A stretch of 64,000 bases of DNA, taken from assembly GCA_963835925.1 (NCBI GenBank), contig CAWIHH010000004.1, forward strand, positions 83,358 through 147,357, given 5' to 3'. Position 1 is the stretch's first letter. Each line of letters opens with the position of its first letter. Below the pieces are notes generated by a model. The model saw nothing but the letters and a program-made list of their open reading frames with translations, had not been told where the DNA came from and made no database searches. Position numbers and translations under genes: made by a program. Source of the DNA: Candidatus Bathyarchaeota archaeon (GTDB taxonomy: Archaea; Thermoproteota; Bathyarchaeia; 40CM-2-53-6). Shown here one piece after another: positions 1-15,188 of this stretch.

Positions 1-672
1 CTCGGGGCTGTAGCGCATATGGCCTTGATCTGAAAAGTTCTCCCACTCAATGCCGAACTTTCTGCAATACTCTAGAAATCGTGGTTCCCCGCCGGTCAAC
101 CCTTTCTTTAGGGCTTCTTTCTCCACTAGAACTCGGAACTCTTCCTCTCCGGTTTTGTACTGGTAATTTTCGGGGTCGTATAATTTTCCGTCGAGGGCAA
201 GTATCTTGTAATATGTGGTGACGACGCTCGGTGCTGCTTTTGCCTGCTCCGGTCTTATGGTTCTAGAGAGTTCGGAGAGAGGATGACCGAGGCATTTTAG
301 GTTGAAGCTCTTGTAGTAACCGAAGGGGCTGCGGTGGACTTCGTATCCTCGCTCACGTAGATGCTCGGCGAGTTGTCTGATGGTGGATATTGCAGTGTTA
401 CGTCCGGCTAGGCTGCTTGAGAGGTGGGCGTATGGGTAGATTAGGAGTCGGGTCGTTTTCACGGAGTCCGCTACCTCAGCAATGGATTCCGATGCCTTGG
501 TAGCAACCTCGTCAGGATTGGTTTCGTCTTCTTTCTCGACCGTGCAGAAGTTTACTAGAACATTCTCGAATTTGCCCGCTCTACTTCCTTCTTCAAGCTC
601 TTCAGAGTTCTTGACTGCCTGTTCGCGGGTTGTATACTCGAAGTATTCGCAGTGCAGCAGCAGTAGTCTCAT
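1..672 (-). CDS. thrS: Threonyl-tRNA synthetase, N-terminal part with archaeal-type editing domain; gene runs off the window start
   Basis: Own translation of the minus strand from ATG at 672: MRLLLLHCEYFEYTTREQ...LIYPYAHLSSSLA...SPFGYYKSFNLKCLGHPLSELSRTI...GHMRYSPE. This matches the conserved N-terminal editing domain of archaeal ThrRS. Open to position 1, so absent from the ORF track. Confidence 0.8.
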   Translation of the reverse strand, partial: MRLLLLHCEYFEYTTREQAVKNSEELEEGSRAGKFENVLVNFCTVEKEDETNPDEVATKASESIAEVADSVKTTRLLIYPYAHLSSSLAGRNTAISTIRQLAEHLRERGYEVHRSPFGYYKSFNLKCLGHPLSELSRTIRPEQAKAAPSVVTTYYKILALDGKLYDPENYQYKTGEEEFRVLVEKEALKKGLTGGEPRFLEYCRKFGIEWENFSDQGHMRYSPE

Positions 673-732
673 GTTGGGTCGCGCTCATTCTCAGTTGTGG
701 GTACTATAAGCATCTTGCTCGGTGTGCGATGG

Positions 733-939
733 TTAGGTTGAGAAACGCCACTTGTCGATTTGTCTATCCTTGCGAGAGAGCTTCTTGTACTCGCGGTAAT
801 GAGTCTTGCACAAATAGGCTCTGCGAGCGGAACCGATATTGATCCCTGTGGGGGCCACCTTGTCCGATGAGATGGAACGCGCCGCCGACTCTTTACACCC
901 CACAACGCTGCATTGCTGTCCTTTAGCCACTCTTCCCAT
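733..939 (-). CDS. Small basic Cys-containing hypothetical protein
   Basis: 68-aa ORF (CSVVGC...CKTHY, K/R-rich tail). No family recognised. Confidence 0.3.
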   Translation of the reverse strand: MGRVAKGQQCSVVGCKESAARSISSDKVAPTGINIGSARRAYLCKTHYREYKKLSRKDRQIDKWRFST

Positions 940-1052
940 CGAAATCTGGACTTGATGGGTAACGCTACTTGAAAAACTTGATTCCAGCCGCCTCCAACTT
1001 CCAACAGGCGCGCATTGGTCACCTGCGAAACGGTCATTAGGCGTGGCGGTTT

Positions 1053-1667
1053 ATGCGCGCTCGAAATCCATTGCTTGGACGATTTCGCGTAAAATACGAG
1101 GAGGCGACGCTACCCCTAGGAAAAAGACTGGGAGCCTTAGGTGTCAAGCCTAATGCCATAACGACAATGAGTCTCCTTATCTCATGTCTGACTGCCGCTG
1201 CCTACACTCTCAGACTGCCCGTGTGGGGGGCGTTGGGAATCCTGGGATCGGGCTTCGTTGATATGCTCGATGGCGCGGTGGCGAGGGCCACAGGCAGGGT
1301 TACGAGATTTGGCGCCGTCTACGATCATGTTCTTGATAGGTATGCGGAATTTGCAATCATGGTAGGGATTGGTTTGGGTGGCTTCGTTGATTGGGTTTGG
1401 GTTGTGTTCGCGTTGTTCGGCATGGTTATGGCCAGCTTCGTTAGGGCCAAGGCTGAATCGGTGGGCGGATTGAAGAGCTGCACCGTGGGCGTGGCTGAGC
1501 GGCAAGAGAAATTGATCCTGCTTGTGGTAGGTTCATTGTTTGAACCATTCCTGCCGCTTGCTTTGCCGATCTGCGTGGTCACTGTTGGCGTTCTTTCCCA
1601 CGTGACGGTTATTCAGAGACTGCTGTATACTTTCAACCAAACTAGAGGGCTCAAGATTGACTTTTGA
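1053..1667 (+). CDS. CDP-alcohol phosphatidyltransferase family protein (archaeal polar-lipid head-group transferase)
   Basis: Multi-TM 204-aa ORF carrying the family motif D-G-x2-A-R...G-x3-D-x3-D (VDMLDGAVARATGRVTRFGAVYDHVLDRYAE). Confidence 0.8.
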   Translation: MRARNPLLGRFRVKYEEATLPLGKRLGALGVKPNAITTMSLLISCLTAAAYTLRLPVWGALGILGSGFVDMLDGAVARATGRVTRFGAVYDHVLDRYAEFAIMVGIGLGGFVDWVWVVFALFGMVMASFVRAKAESVGGLKSCTVGVAERQEKLILLVVGSLFEPFLPLALPICVVTVGVLSHVTVIQRLLYTFNQTRGLKIDF

Positions 1668-2586
1668 TCTAGTGGGTATTGGCAACCCTGTGTACGACAT
1701 TATAGTGACGCCATCGGTGAAAACTGATGGCAGGGTACTCTCAGGTTGTAGCACAAATGGGTGCCTCGCAGCCAAGAGACTCGGGTTGAATCACGTTGGC
1801 CTAGTAGGACGCATAGGGCGAGATTTTGGAAATAGATTTCTCCAGGACATGGCGCAGTATGGGATCGAGGCTGATCTAGATCCTCTGGAAGGCGAAACCG
1901 GAGGTTTTAGCCTAATTTACGACGACCACGGTGACCGAACTCTCGACGTTCTAGGAGTTGCTGAACGAATAACCCCCAGGAACTTTCCAGACGAGTACCT
2001 GAACGCTTCTTTCTTTCTAATTGGTCCAATTCTGGGTGAGGTCGACCTGGGGCTGATCGAATTCGTTCGCACATCATCAAAGGGGAAGCTGTTTCTAGAC
2101 CCTCAGGGACTGATACGGGTAATTGGAAAAGATCAGCGAATAATGCACACCTGTGACCGAGATGTCTTCAGCAAAATCGCTAAGCTGGTGGACTTTATCA
2201 AACCGAATGAGCATGAAAGCAAAACCATAACTGGTCAAGAGGATCCGGTTCAGGCACTTTTGCAGCTCAAAGAGATGAGCCCTGCTGTTCCGATCGTGAC
2301 ACTTGCCGAACGAGGATCAATCCTTGTTCAGGGCAATGAACTTCTCCGAATCTCAGCGTTCCCCACCAATGCTATTGACCCAACGGGAGCCGGTGATGTA
2401 TACGCTGGATCGTTCATAACAGAATATTCACGGACAAAGAACTTGAAGGAATCGGGTCTGTTCGCATCGGCTGCTGCTTCAATCATGGTCGAGCAGGTCG
2501 GCCCCGACTTCAAGATGCCCTCCACAGCTGTTGACGAACGAAAGAAATCAATCCAGGGGCGGCTTGCCAGGGAGCGATTGGTATAG
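1657..2586 (+). CDS. PfkB-family carbohydrate/nucleoside kinase
   Basis: 309-aa ORF with an N-terminal GxG region (DLVGIGNPVYD) and the C-terminal PfkB signature DPTGAGDVYAG. Overlaps the upstream gene by 11 nt. Confidence 0.75.
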   Translation: MTFDLVGIGNPVYDIIVTPSVKTDGRVLSGCSTNGCLAAKRLGLNHVGLVGRIGRDFGNRFLQDMAQYGIEADLDPLEGETGGFSLIYDDHGDRTLDVLGVAERITPRNFPDEYLNASFFLIGPILGEVDLGLIEFVRTSSKGKLFLDPQGLIRVIGKDQRIMHTCDRDVFSKIAKLVDFIKPNEHESKTITGQEDPVQALLQLKEMSPAVPIVTLAERGSILVQGNELLRISAFPTNAIDPTGAGDVYAGSFITEYSRTKNLKESGLFASAAASIMVEQVGPDFKMPSTAVDERKKSIQGRLARERLV

Positions 2587-2625
2587 GGTGTCGTCTTTCA
2601 ACGTATGAGTCAGTTCTCTCGCTTG

Positions 2626-4085
2626 TTAGTAGGCTCGTGCGAAATAGACCACTTTGCTTGCGGGCTTGCCGCAATGAACGCAGCTTGAGAAGGGGTTCTC
2701 CTTAGCCAGGGGTACGGCGCGTATTGTAGCCCCAGTTTCCGCCTTTATTTTGTCTTCACAATCAGAATCGCCACACCAGCAAGCAAGTATGAAACCTCCG
2801 TGTTCTTCGAGAATTTTCTTGAATTGGTCGTACTCCTCCGCCTGTGCTATGGACGCGTTCAAGAGGCTCCTTGCTGAATTCAGGAGGTGAGTTTGTATCT
2901 CCTCAAGGGAGTTCGTGACCGTTAAGACGACGTTATCGTCGGGGACGAATGTTTTCTGTGAATTGTCTCGTCGGACTAGGACCACTTGATGTTTTTCAAC
3001 ATCCTTTGGTCCGATCTCCAATCTGAGCGGCACCCCTTTCAGCTCCCAATCGTGGAATTTCCAGCCGGGAGTGTACTGGTCGCGAAGGTCCAAGTGAACT
3101 GCGAATCCCGACTTCGTCAGCAGGTCGAATACTACGTGTGCCTTCTCCGTGATGCTCTCACTATTTCCCTCTTTGAAGTATATTGGAACAATAACGACTT
3201 GGACAGGGGCGATTCGCGGAGGAATTATCAATCCTTTATCGTCGCCGTGGAGCATGATCATCGCGCTGATCAGCCTCCAAGAAACCCCCCAGGATGTGGT
3301 CCAGGCGTAGTGAGTCTGCTCATCTTTTCCAAGATACTTTATTTCGAAGGGTTTGGAGAAGTTTTGGCCCAGGTTGTGAGATGTGCCCATTTGGAGCGCT
3401 TTGCCGTCGGGCATCATTGCTTCTAATGTCGTGGTGTAGAGGGCTCCCACAAATTTCTCCCTATCCGTCTTGTATCCCAGAATGGCGGGGACGGCTAGTT
3501 GGTCTTCGATGAGTTGCCGATAGAATTCGAGTATCATCATGACTTCTCTGTCAGCCTCTTCTTGGGTCGCGTGCACGGTGTGCCCTTCCTGCCAGAGGAA
3601 TTCCGATGTTCTGATGAATGGTCGTGTGGCCGTGATTTCAGGCGCAGCACTGAATTCCACACGTTGATCAGGATGGGTAGGTCTCGCCAGCTACGGACCC
3701 ATCTTGAGTAGGCATCGTAAATTATGGTCTCGGAGGTAGGTCTGACTGCCAGCCGCTCTGATAATTCGCTGTCGCCGGCGTGGGTTACCCAAAACACTTC
3801 GGGCGTGAACCCCTTAAAGTGCTCCGCCTCTCTCTTGAGAAAGCTCTCGGGGATCAGTAGGGGAAAGTACGCGTTTGAATGGTTTGTTTCTTTTAGCTTA
3901 CGATCCAAGTATTCTCTGATTCGTTCCCAAATCGAAAACCCATAGGGACGTAGAACCATGAAACCCTTGATGGAAGAATAGTCCGCTAGCTCAGCCTTCG
4001 TGACTAGTTGAGTATACCATTCTGAGAGGTCTTGCGCTTTTTTTACCGTGATTCCGATTTCCTTAGACGTTTGTGTGTCACCTAG
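2626..4085 (-). pseudogene. proS: Prolyl-tRNA synthetase (archaeal/eukaryotic type) interrupted by an apparent 1-nt frameshift near 3645-3655; N-terminal start codon unclear
   Basis: ORF 3537..3959 (VLRPYGFSIWERI...WRDLPILINVWNSVLR) and ORF 2626..3660 (TRPFIRTSEFLWQEGHTVHATQEEA...C-terminal Zn-binding CWCG..C) are consecutive parts of one ProRS in different frames. The frame extends upstream (KKAQDLSEWYTQLVTKAELADYSSIKGF) to a stop at 4086-4088 without an ATG, GTG or TTG. Confidence 0.85.
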
Positions 4086-4301
4086 TTACAGTGGTCTTTT
4101 GACCTCGTTGGACCGATATTCTGGAGCTATGAGGGAACGGATTAACTCCTAGCACCGGGGAAGTCTATGCTCGATACGTAAAGCGACTTCTTAAACTTGT
4201 GAATCCTAGGGATCAATGTACTAGGTGTAGTTTTGGTTGCTTGGTTGCTGACATCAAGTCGCAGTGTAGCGTGTAGCTAAAGGTTACTTTATTGCCAAGA
4301 A

Positions 4302-4616
4302 ATGGAAGGAAAGAGTTCGGCGACCAGATTGCTTTTTTGCGCTAATTGTGGGAAGGAAATCACATCTGGCACGGGCTTCTGTCCCAGCTGCGGTAAACCG
4401 GTATCAGTTGCAACGGCACCGCTTCCAAAACCGACTGGAAGAGTCTCTATCTTGTGGTATCTTTTGCCTTTCTTTTTCAGCTGGCTGGGCGGGATTGTCG
4501 CTTGGATCATTACGAAGAAGCGGGACCCGGTAAAAGCACGTAAGATGCTGATTTTCGGAGTCGTTTGGTTCATTGTGGCATTGGCAATAGGGCTTCTCGG
4601 ATATTACTTTGGATGA
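4302..4616 (+). CDS. Zinc-ribbon membrane protein
   Basis: N-terminal CxxC...CxxC (CANCGKEITSGTGFCPSCG) followed by two predicted TM helices. Confidence 0.5.
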   Translation: MEGKSSATRLLFCANCGKEITSGTGFCPSCGKPVSVATAPLPKPTGRVSILWYLLPFFFSWLGGIVAWIITKKRDPVKARKMLIFGVVWFIVALAIGLLGYYFG

Positions 4617-4824
4617 AAGTCGCTGTTCAAGAGATGCCTAACTGAAGGCAGAAACCAGAACGAAACAAAAGCTGTGACTCGATTAAAACAAGCAGGCTAC
4701 TCATCCAGAATGCACCAGATGCGGCTATAAGTGGCGTCATAGATCGAAGAACTTTCCAACAATCTGACCTAAATGCAAATCACCATACTGGGGCAAACGG
4801 AAGAAAGCTTAGGGGTAGCAACTA

Positions 4825-4935
4825 ATGCCTATAATTGAAAAGGAAGGACAACGATTTACCTGCGACAAATGCGGCTTCGAAACTAACAGTGCCGAAATCT
4901 TTCCGCTTCACAAGAAGAATTGCCCACGAGTCTGA
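4825..4935 (+). CDS. Small zinc-finger-like protein (36 aa)
   Basis: Own translation: MPIIEKEGQRFTCDKCGFETNSAEIFPLHKKNCPRV (C-x2-C...H-x4-C). Below the ORF-track cutoff. Confidence 0.3.
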   Translation: MPIIEKEGQRFTCDKCGFETNSAEIFPLHKKNCPRV

Positions 4936-5199
4936 TCGACACTACGAGCAGAAGAGTGAGGCGCAGGCGGCAGGTGGAAATTCATCGTAGATGAAACGAT
5001 TGCCGTAATCGTCTTCTCCGTGATCTTAGGGTTGGGCCTCGTCTTTACGTACTTAGCAATTCGCCACTACTTCAAAAGTCTACCAAAACAACGTAGAACT
5101 GCCGCGAAGATCAAGAGAACGTAACTAAATGCTGCGCTATCCTAGTCGAAGAAGGCCTTAAGGTTCTCAAGAACGGGTGGTCTTTGCGCCCCAGGGGAG

Positions 5200-5541
5200 T
5201 CAGCCGGCGCGAGACGGCTTTAGGGTCGGCTTTCGTATTTCGTCGGCAAGGTGCTGAATCGCCAGCACGGGGTGGCGGAGGAGCAGGTGGGGGCCGGAAT
5301 AGTGCATCACCGGCCGGATTCTCTCTCTCATCTGGGGATTGTAAAAGTGGACGGTACAGTTGAGGCAGGAAGGCTTCTCCTTCTTGAAGGGACACAGATC
5401 AAGCCTTTTGTTACAGTAAGATAGGGGCTCGTCACACTCAGGGCACAGCTCCTCACTGCCGTGCTTTGCATGGCAGTAGATCGTTACCATCGCCTCTATG
5501 GTCCTCCGCTCCCTTGCCATCCTGGCCGAAGAGCTGTTCAA
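5200..5541 (-). CDS. Nitrous oxide-stimulated promoter (YgbA_NO) family protein
   Basis: RTIEAMVTIYCHAKHG..LCPEC...CPF..EKPSCLNCTVHFYNPQMRERIRPVMHYSGPHLLLRHPVLAIQHL follows the conserved Cys pattern and C-terminal motif I recall for this family. Confidence 0.75.
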   Translation of the reverse strand: MNSSSARMARERRTIEAMVTIYCHAKHGSEELCPECDEPLSYCNKRLDLCPFKKEKPSCLNCTVHFYNPQMRERIRPVMHYSGPHLLLRHPVLAIQHLADEIRKPTLKPSRAG

Positions 5542-6964
5542 GACGCTCAGAAATGGCGCGAATACGTCGGGAGGACTTAGAGTTTATGCGACATAAACCG
5601 CTGAGAAAATCCGGTAAGCAGAATTATGCGTCCTCATTCCCAGTAACCGTAGTCTCCGTACCACGGATAGAGGGGATATGCGTAATATCCATAAAATGGA
5701 TAGTACGGGTAAACCGGGACTTCCAGATGCTCGACCCCGGGCACCTTCATGGTTTTCATTGCAGCCATTCACCTCACGCAGAACAAAGCGTGCCTACTCT
5801 CCAAATATCCATCACATCTTTCCATCAAAAGTCAGGCTCAAATATGGCATACGACATGTGCGTGCAGCGGAACCTACGACTCTTTTTGTGTTTCCGTTCC
5901 TGCTCACAACACTTTCTAGAATTGTACGCTACGACCCGGACCCCTTGTTGCCTGATCAAAGAGTTAGGGGTCCGGGCCGCAACGACGAACGAGCTAGGGC
6001 AGCGTCCTGATTTAAACGGTTGGAAAGAACTCTAAAGACTATTCATTGACATCCAGTAAACTAAGCAAAAAAATACCGATCAATCACCTAACTCAGTAAA
6101 TACTGTAAGGAGAGTTTCAGGAGTTTCTAGCCCGGAAAACGAGAGCGCATCCACCTCACAAGATTGGAACAGGTAACTCGTCGTGGTGAAGAACGTACTA
6201 GTTCGAGAGAAAATTCAAGGTGACGTTTGCAATGGCCGGACTACTGTTCACTAAGATGAGGTAGGGTGTTCAATCCTGATCGATACTAAACATACCGTTT
6301 GAGGTTTCGGTTGAAATGTACGATTGTATACTCATCTGAACAAGTAGGGCTCCTGGAACTGAACTGAGTTTGCGGGGTTCTCTACGTAGTATCACGCCTA
6401 CTCTTGAAGAGTATGATGACGAGGATTATGGTTGTGCCGAGCAGGCAGGCGAACCCTAGCATGTTAAGCCATGGATCATATGCGAAGCCAATGGGGATCC
6501 TTTGAGCCGGAATCGGCACGCTGAACGTACGAGTGGCATTGAACGGGCGCATCGCCGTTGAAATTGGCAAAGTTGCGGTTCCCCGGAAATCTCCGCGTAA
6601 AGTTCTGAAGCAGTAGACTTCCAGCCATGGCACAAGTGCCAATCACTGAAATTACAGTTGCCAGCAGGAACTCTCGAAAATGAGATTGAAGTGGCTTCGC
6701 CGATCTCTTACCTTCACTCAAACCTAATCACCTAGTATCAACTACAGCACGTAGTTGACTTGCATATAAGCGGGATTCATCTTTGGTGTGCACCAGAGTC
6801 CTCGCAGTGTTACAGAATCGTTCGTATGCACCGGGAAGTAATCCAAGTAAGCTAGAGATTTCGGGCGGTCTGAAATTGGTGCGACCCATCGCAAGATCTC
6901 AAGCTCCATGTGGATGATTCGTCCACAATCACTAATAAGGAGAAATCGTAACGACGCAACGTAG

Positions 6965-7180
6965 TTGCAAGGGGGTGAAAAAGAGTTGAGTTTACTTAAC
7001 ACAATCCTTCAAACAAGCCCTAACCTACCTGGGCGAAGCATGGGAGGGATGGGGTATAGTGGAGCGTTCATCTTCGGAGCCATCGGCGCTGTCTCTGTTC
7101 TCCTAATCACCGTCGGACTATTCTATGTTCTCATAAAACTGGGAAGCTTCCTTGACGCCTTGAAGGAGACAAAGAAGTGA
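6965..7180 (+). CDS. Small single-pass membrane protein
   Basis: 71-aa ORF with one strongly hydrophobic segment. Followed by a hairpin at 7200-7220. Confidence 0.3.
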   Translation: MQGGEKELSLLNTILQTSPNLPGRSMGGMGYSGAFIFGAIGAVSVLLITVGLFYVLIKLGSFLDALKETKK

Positions 7181-7199
7181 GACCCCGCTTAACACCGCC

Positions 7200-7220
7200 C
7201 CGGTCTTAACCTTAGACCGG
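7200..7220 (+). terminator. Hairpin downstream of 6965..7180 (CCGGTCT-taacctt-AGACCGG)
   Basis: Perfect 7-bp inverted repeat read directly from the sequence, 20 nt after the stop codon. Function as a terminator is inference. Confidence 0.25.
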
Positions 7221-7384
7221 CCCTATGCTCCAACTTTTTCGAGCAGACCATGAGGAAGACGACCCAGGCGACAAGGACTAGGGGGATCCTGAACACTTGC
7301 TTGTTCAACGTGTCGCCTTAATCATAGCATTGGGCCTATCATAACTCTGAAGAAGGAGCGAATTACTCCGTGTCCGACCTAGAA

Positions 7385-7537
7385 ATGGAAATGAGCCTAG
7401 AGAGCTGTCCAAAATGCGGAGAACGCCAAATGGCGGTTTACTGGTCTGTGGACACCGGCGATAACGTGATGTGGAAATGCCAATCGTGCGGAGTGAAAGG
7501 CATCTTCAGGAACAAAGCCATTCTCGCCATAGAATGA
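7385..7537 (+). CDS. Small zinc-ribbon protein (50 aa)
   Basis: Own translation: MEMSLESCPKCGERQMAVYWSVDTGDNVMWKCQSCGVKGIF... (two CxxC pairs). Confidence 0.35.
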   Translation: MEMSLESCPKCGERQMAVYWSVDTGDNVMWKCQSCGVKGIFRNKAILAIE

Positions 7538-7865
7538 GTAGTAGTCGGATTCATGAAGCTAAGTACACGAAATGCCACTCGCAAATACCGAATGGTCCGA
7601 TTATTCGGTGAACTTCTGCTGCCATTGCCGCCCTAGCGTGGTAGCCGAGAGCACTAACGGACTAGTAGAAACGGATAACATGCAAAGGCATTTCTAAGTT
7701 CCAATTTCATCACTCATTATCATACAGCTCCGAGAAAATCAAACGCATCCTAACAGGTCGTGAACTTAGTGTGTGGAACATCAGGTAAGTCCATTGTTGT
7801 AGCCTTCACGAATGGATCCTACAACACTAGGCGAATATTAGTTAGCGTTTGTTCAGCTGTCAGAG

Positions 7866-8324
7866 TCACTCTAAGGGTGCGGTCATAACGAAGCAGTTGG
7901 CTCCACGGACAACTCTTTGGCTAACACTGCGGGTGAATAGTCCTCGCCAACCCTTTCGGGTTTTTCTTTTCATCATGAAGACGGCTGCATAACCATCGCT
8001 TTCGGTTTCATCGATGATTCCTTCTGCGACGTTGCGTGCTACAACTACTTTCACTCGCACGTTCAGATCTTGAGCCGTCAACCATTTTGAGAGGTCGTTC
8101 AGTCGTTTTTCGGCATGGCTGATCTGAAGCCTGTAAGGTTCGGTTTCCAATGTGGCAGTTCTGCTGGGAACCTCGATGACGGTAAAGAGAACGATTAGTG
8201 GGTCTTTGAGAACCGAGAAGAGGTGAAGTGCTTGAGTGATGAGCTGCTTGCTCACCGCGTTTCCTACAGGAATTAGAATTTTGGCCGAGGCTGGCTTGTT
8301 TCGTTTTCCGTGTTTCGTTTTCAT
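7866..8324 (-). CDS. Universal stress protein (UspA) family protein
   Basis: 152-aa alpha/beta ORF with USP-like layout (ILIPV...VIEVP...VVVARNVAEGIIDE...GYAAVFMMKRK). Confidence 0.55.
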   Translation of the reverse strand: MKTKHGKRNKPASAKILIPVGNAVSKQLITQALHLFSVLKDPLIVLFTVIEVPSRTATLETEPYRLQISHAEKRLNDLSKWLTAQDLNVRVKVVVARNVAEGIIDETESDGYAAVFMMKRKTRKGWRGLFTRSVSQRVVRGANCFVMTAPLE

Positions 8325-8596
8325 CCAGCCATCGTTTTCCCGTTTCTCTTGTAAGTGTGAATGATGACTAACGTATTCGTTGCGCTTATGCCTTTGATCG
8401 ATAGGATCTTGTTTTTCAAGAGGTTTCTAAAATCAACTATTGAATCAGTCTCGACCACAGCGACCAAGTCATATTCGCCAGTGACTTCGTGCAGATCGGT
8501 CACTTGTGGTATCTTCTGAAGTGTCTGTGCCACCTTCTCCAGTTCCTGAGATTTGACGTTCACATCTAGAATGACCATTATTTCACCGGCCATCAT
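8321..8596 (-). CDS. Stand-alone Lrp/AsnC ligand-binding (RAM) domain protein
   Basis: 91-aa ORF with a typical RAM-domain pattern (VILDVNVK...IPQVTDLHEVTGEYDLVAVVETDS...ATNTLVI). No HTH. Start and stop overlap both neighbours. Confidence 0.7.
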   Translation of the reverse strand: MMAGEIMVILDVNVKSQELEKVAQTLQKIPQVTDLHEVTGEYDLVAVVETDSIVDFRNLLKNKILSIKGISATNTLVIIHTYKRNGKTMAG

Positions 8597-9021
8597 TCTC
8601 TCCTCCGAACGATCATTACCTTTCCAGGGTATTTAGATAGCACTGCCATGGCCGAGTCAAGTTTTTCCTTCTCGATATGTCCCTTCAGAGTCTTGCGTCT
8701 AATTAGGACAATTATGTCGTTCTTGTCGGCGGCAGCTTCTTCGTTAACAATCTGGGTGAAGGAGCCGATCGCAACTCGTGGGGATACTTCGTATCCGAGC
8801 GAACGCAGTTTGCGACCGATCGCCTGCAGGTCGTTAATTGATTCGGTTTGATATTGCTTGATTTCTGAATAGGCTGATAGTCGGTCAGTGCTGAGTCCGA
8901 GTTCAGATGGGTCTAGGATGTTTAGTAGAGTTATGCGAAATCGCTTGTCGAGCGCTTCACTGATTGCATGGACAACGGTTTGTTCGTCTACAGGTGTCCT
9001 GACAAGGACAACAGCATTCAT
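8593..9021 (-). CDS. Universal stress protein domain protein (possibly the C-terminal module of the upstream permease)
   Basis: 142-aa USP-like ORF directly abutting the 3' end of the disrupted permease. Confidence 0.55.
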   Translation of the reverse strand: MNAVVLVRTPVDEQTVVHAISEALDKRFRITLLNILDPSELGLSTDRLSAYSEIKQYQTESINDLQAIGRKLRSLGYEVSPRVAIGSFTQIVNEEAAADKNDIIVLIRRKTLKGHIEKEKLDSAMAVLSKYPGKVMIVRRRE

Positions 9022-10521
9022 GACGTAGCCGCCTGGCAGGATTCGCTTGCCAGTCTCTGCTCGTCAGTATTGGCATGTGCCTCATCCTTCGAAGAGCAAC
9101 AAACCCAACTACCCCCACCAATACCCATGCGGTTCCAAGAATCCGTCCCTCTTCGTGAAACGTCAGGATCAAACCCCAGAGAATAGCGCATGAAACCGCG
9201 CCTAGCACGCTAATGATTGGAATGTAGTAGCTCCGACCTCGGAGGCGCAGGGTAATCGTCCCCGGGATCTTCCAAGCGCGATATGCGCCTGCTTCCGTAT
9301 TGCGCAAGACAACGAGACAGGTATTCACCAGAATATACGAAAGAAGCGCTCCGTAATTGTACAAGTCTGCTACAAAAGTGAGTTCCCCGACCAACGCAAG
9401 CGCCATGCCAATCGTGCCAAAGACAATGATCGTTCTGATAGGGAGTCTTGAATTTGGAATGGACTTTGTAGAACCAATGCGGAAGAAGGTCGAATCTCCC
9501 CATTGAGAACACGATGCGTGAAACACCAATGATTCCCGTGTTCGTGGAAACATAGCAAATCGCGAACCCAGTTGCCGCAACAATGGGAGCTAGATATGGT
9601 CCGATGATTGGAATGTGTGCGGCAATCGCTCTAATCGGGTCATTGCGCGCGGCCGCAAGCTCTTGCCATCCCATCAATCCCATGCTAATGGCGGACAAGC
9701 CGACCGCGAATATAACTACTGAGATTATGGACAATTTGTTTGCTCGTGGGATCCACTTGTCAGGGCGCTTCGTTTCCTCAGCAGCCTGTGCTATCGATTC
9801 GATGCCTATGAAGGAAGTCATCGCTATGGTTATGCCGTAAATGAAATTCTGGTTCTGAACGCCAAGACTGGGTAGCGAATATGCAATATTGACGTAAGTC
9901 TCGGGTGATCCAAAGACTGTAACCTGGCCCAGAAAGCGAGCAAGACTGAAAGCAAGCAACAGGCCGAAGACAAGAATCACAGTTTCGACGATCAAATCGA
10001 ATGAGACGAGAATTTCGTTGAACCATGAGGATTCTCTAATTCCAATAATGTTTACGCATCATTAGGAAAACTACCATGACCGCGGCAATTATCCCGAGAT
10101 GCGGAATGCTGAGAGTCAAGCCGAACAATCTGCAGATGACATGACCGTTCACGATGTTAGGGAAGAAGAAGCTCAGGTAACCTGCTGACGCTAGCGAGAA
10201 GAGGGCTATGTCAACTGTGTAGTCGAGCATGACTGCCCAACCCGCTATGAACCCGAACAAGTCGTTGAAGGCTTTCATCGCGTAAATGTGGGCTCCGCCT
10301 GCGTATGGGTAGGTTGTGGCAAGTTCAGAGTATGCGAGTCCGGTGGCGACGTAGGTTACTGACGCTATGAGGAAAGCAATTGGTGAGGCGCCGCCAGCAA
10401 AGAGCGCTACGAGGCCGATTGCAACGTAAATATCGGCTCCCACATCGGCATATCCCATAGCGAAGGAGCCGTACCATCCGACCTCTCGGCGCAAACTCTG
10501 CTCTTCAGTCTGTGTTGCCAA
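9022..10521 (-). pseudogene. APC-superfamily amino acid permease split by at least two frameshifts (near 10045-10050 and 9440-9470)
   Basis: Three consecutive ORF pieces (10036..10521, 9210..9995, 8957..9583) each contain permease-like TM segments that continue one another (…VVFLMM / NIIGIRESSWFNEIL…; …KVHSKFKTPY / …IRTIIVFGTIGMALAL…). The first break sits at an A-run (cgtaaac). Confidence 0.8.
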
Positions 10522-10629
10522 AATCTCAAAGCGCCCTGAAAGGCATCCTTCAATTCTAACAGCGTTCCTTTCGATAGGGTCAGCGTAGGTTTTAAGGTCT
10601 TCAGAGCCTTGGCCTAACAGCTTTTATCG

Positions 10630-14889
<4,260 letters not shown>

Positions 14890-15110
14890 AGGCTCAGTTT
14901 GCCGCGCTATTAGGTTTACGAGGACTAAAACTTCTCCCCAAACCCTTTGATGCCAACGTTTCGTTGGGCCCTAACACGACATACAACTAACCAGCGAGAG
15001 CTTCAGAAATTTGAACCAGATTCCACGTTCAAACGATATGATCAGGCTATTTGTAAGTGGAAATGATTCATCTCTAATTCAAACATCAGCTAGTCGCTTG
15101 ATCGTAGCTT

Positions 15111-15188
15111 TGGCGGGCGGGGAGGGATTCGAACCCCCGACCTCAGGCTCCGGAGGCCTGTGCCCTATCCTGGCTAGGCTACCCACCC
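15111..15188 (-). tRNA. tRNA-Arg (anticodon CCG), CCA encoded
   Basis: Hand-folded cloverleaf: acceptor GGGTGGG/CCCGCCC (one G-U); D arm GCCT...GGGC; anticodon arm CAGGC-CUCCGGA-GCCTG; T arm GGGGG-TTCGAAT-CCCTC; then G-CCA. Confidence 0.8.
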
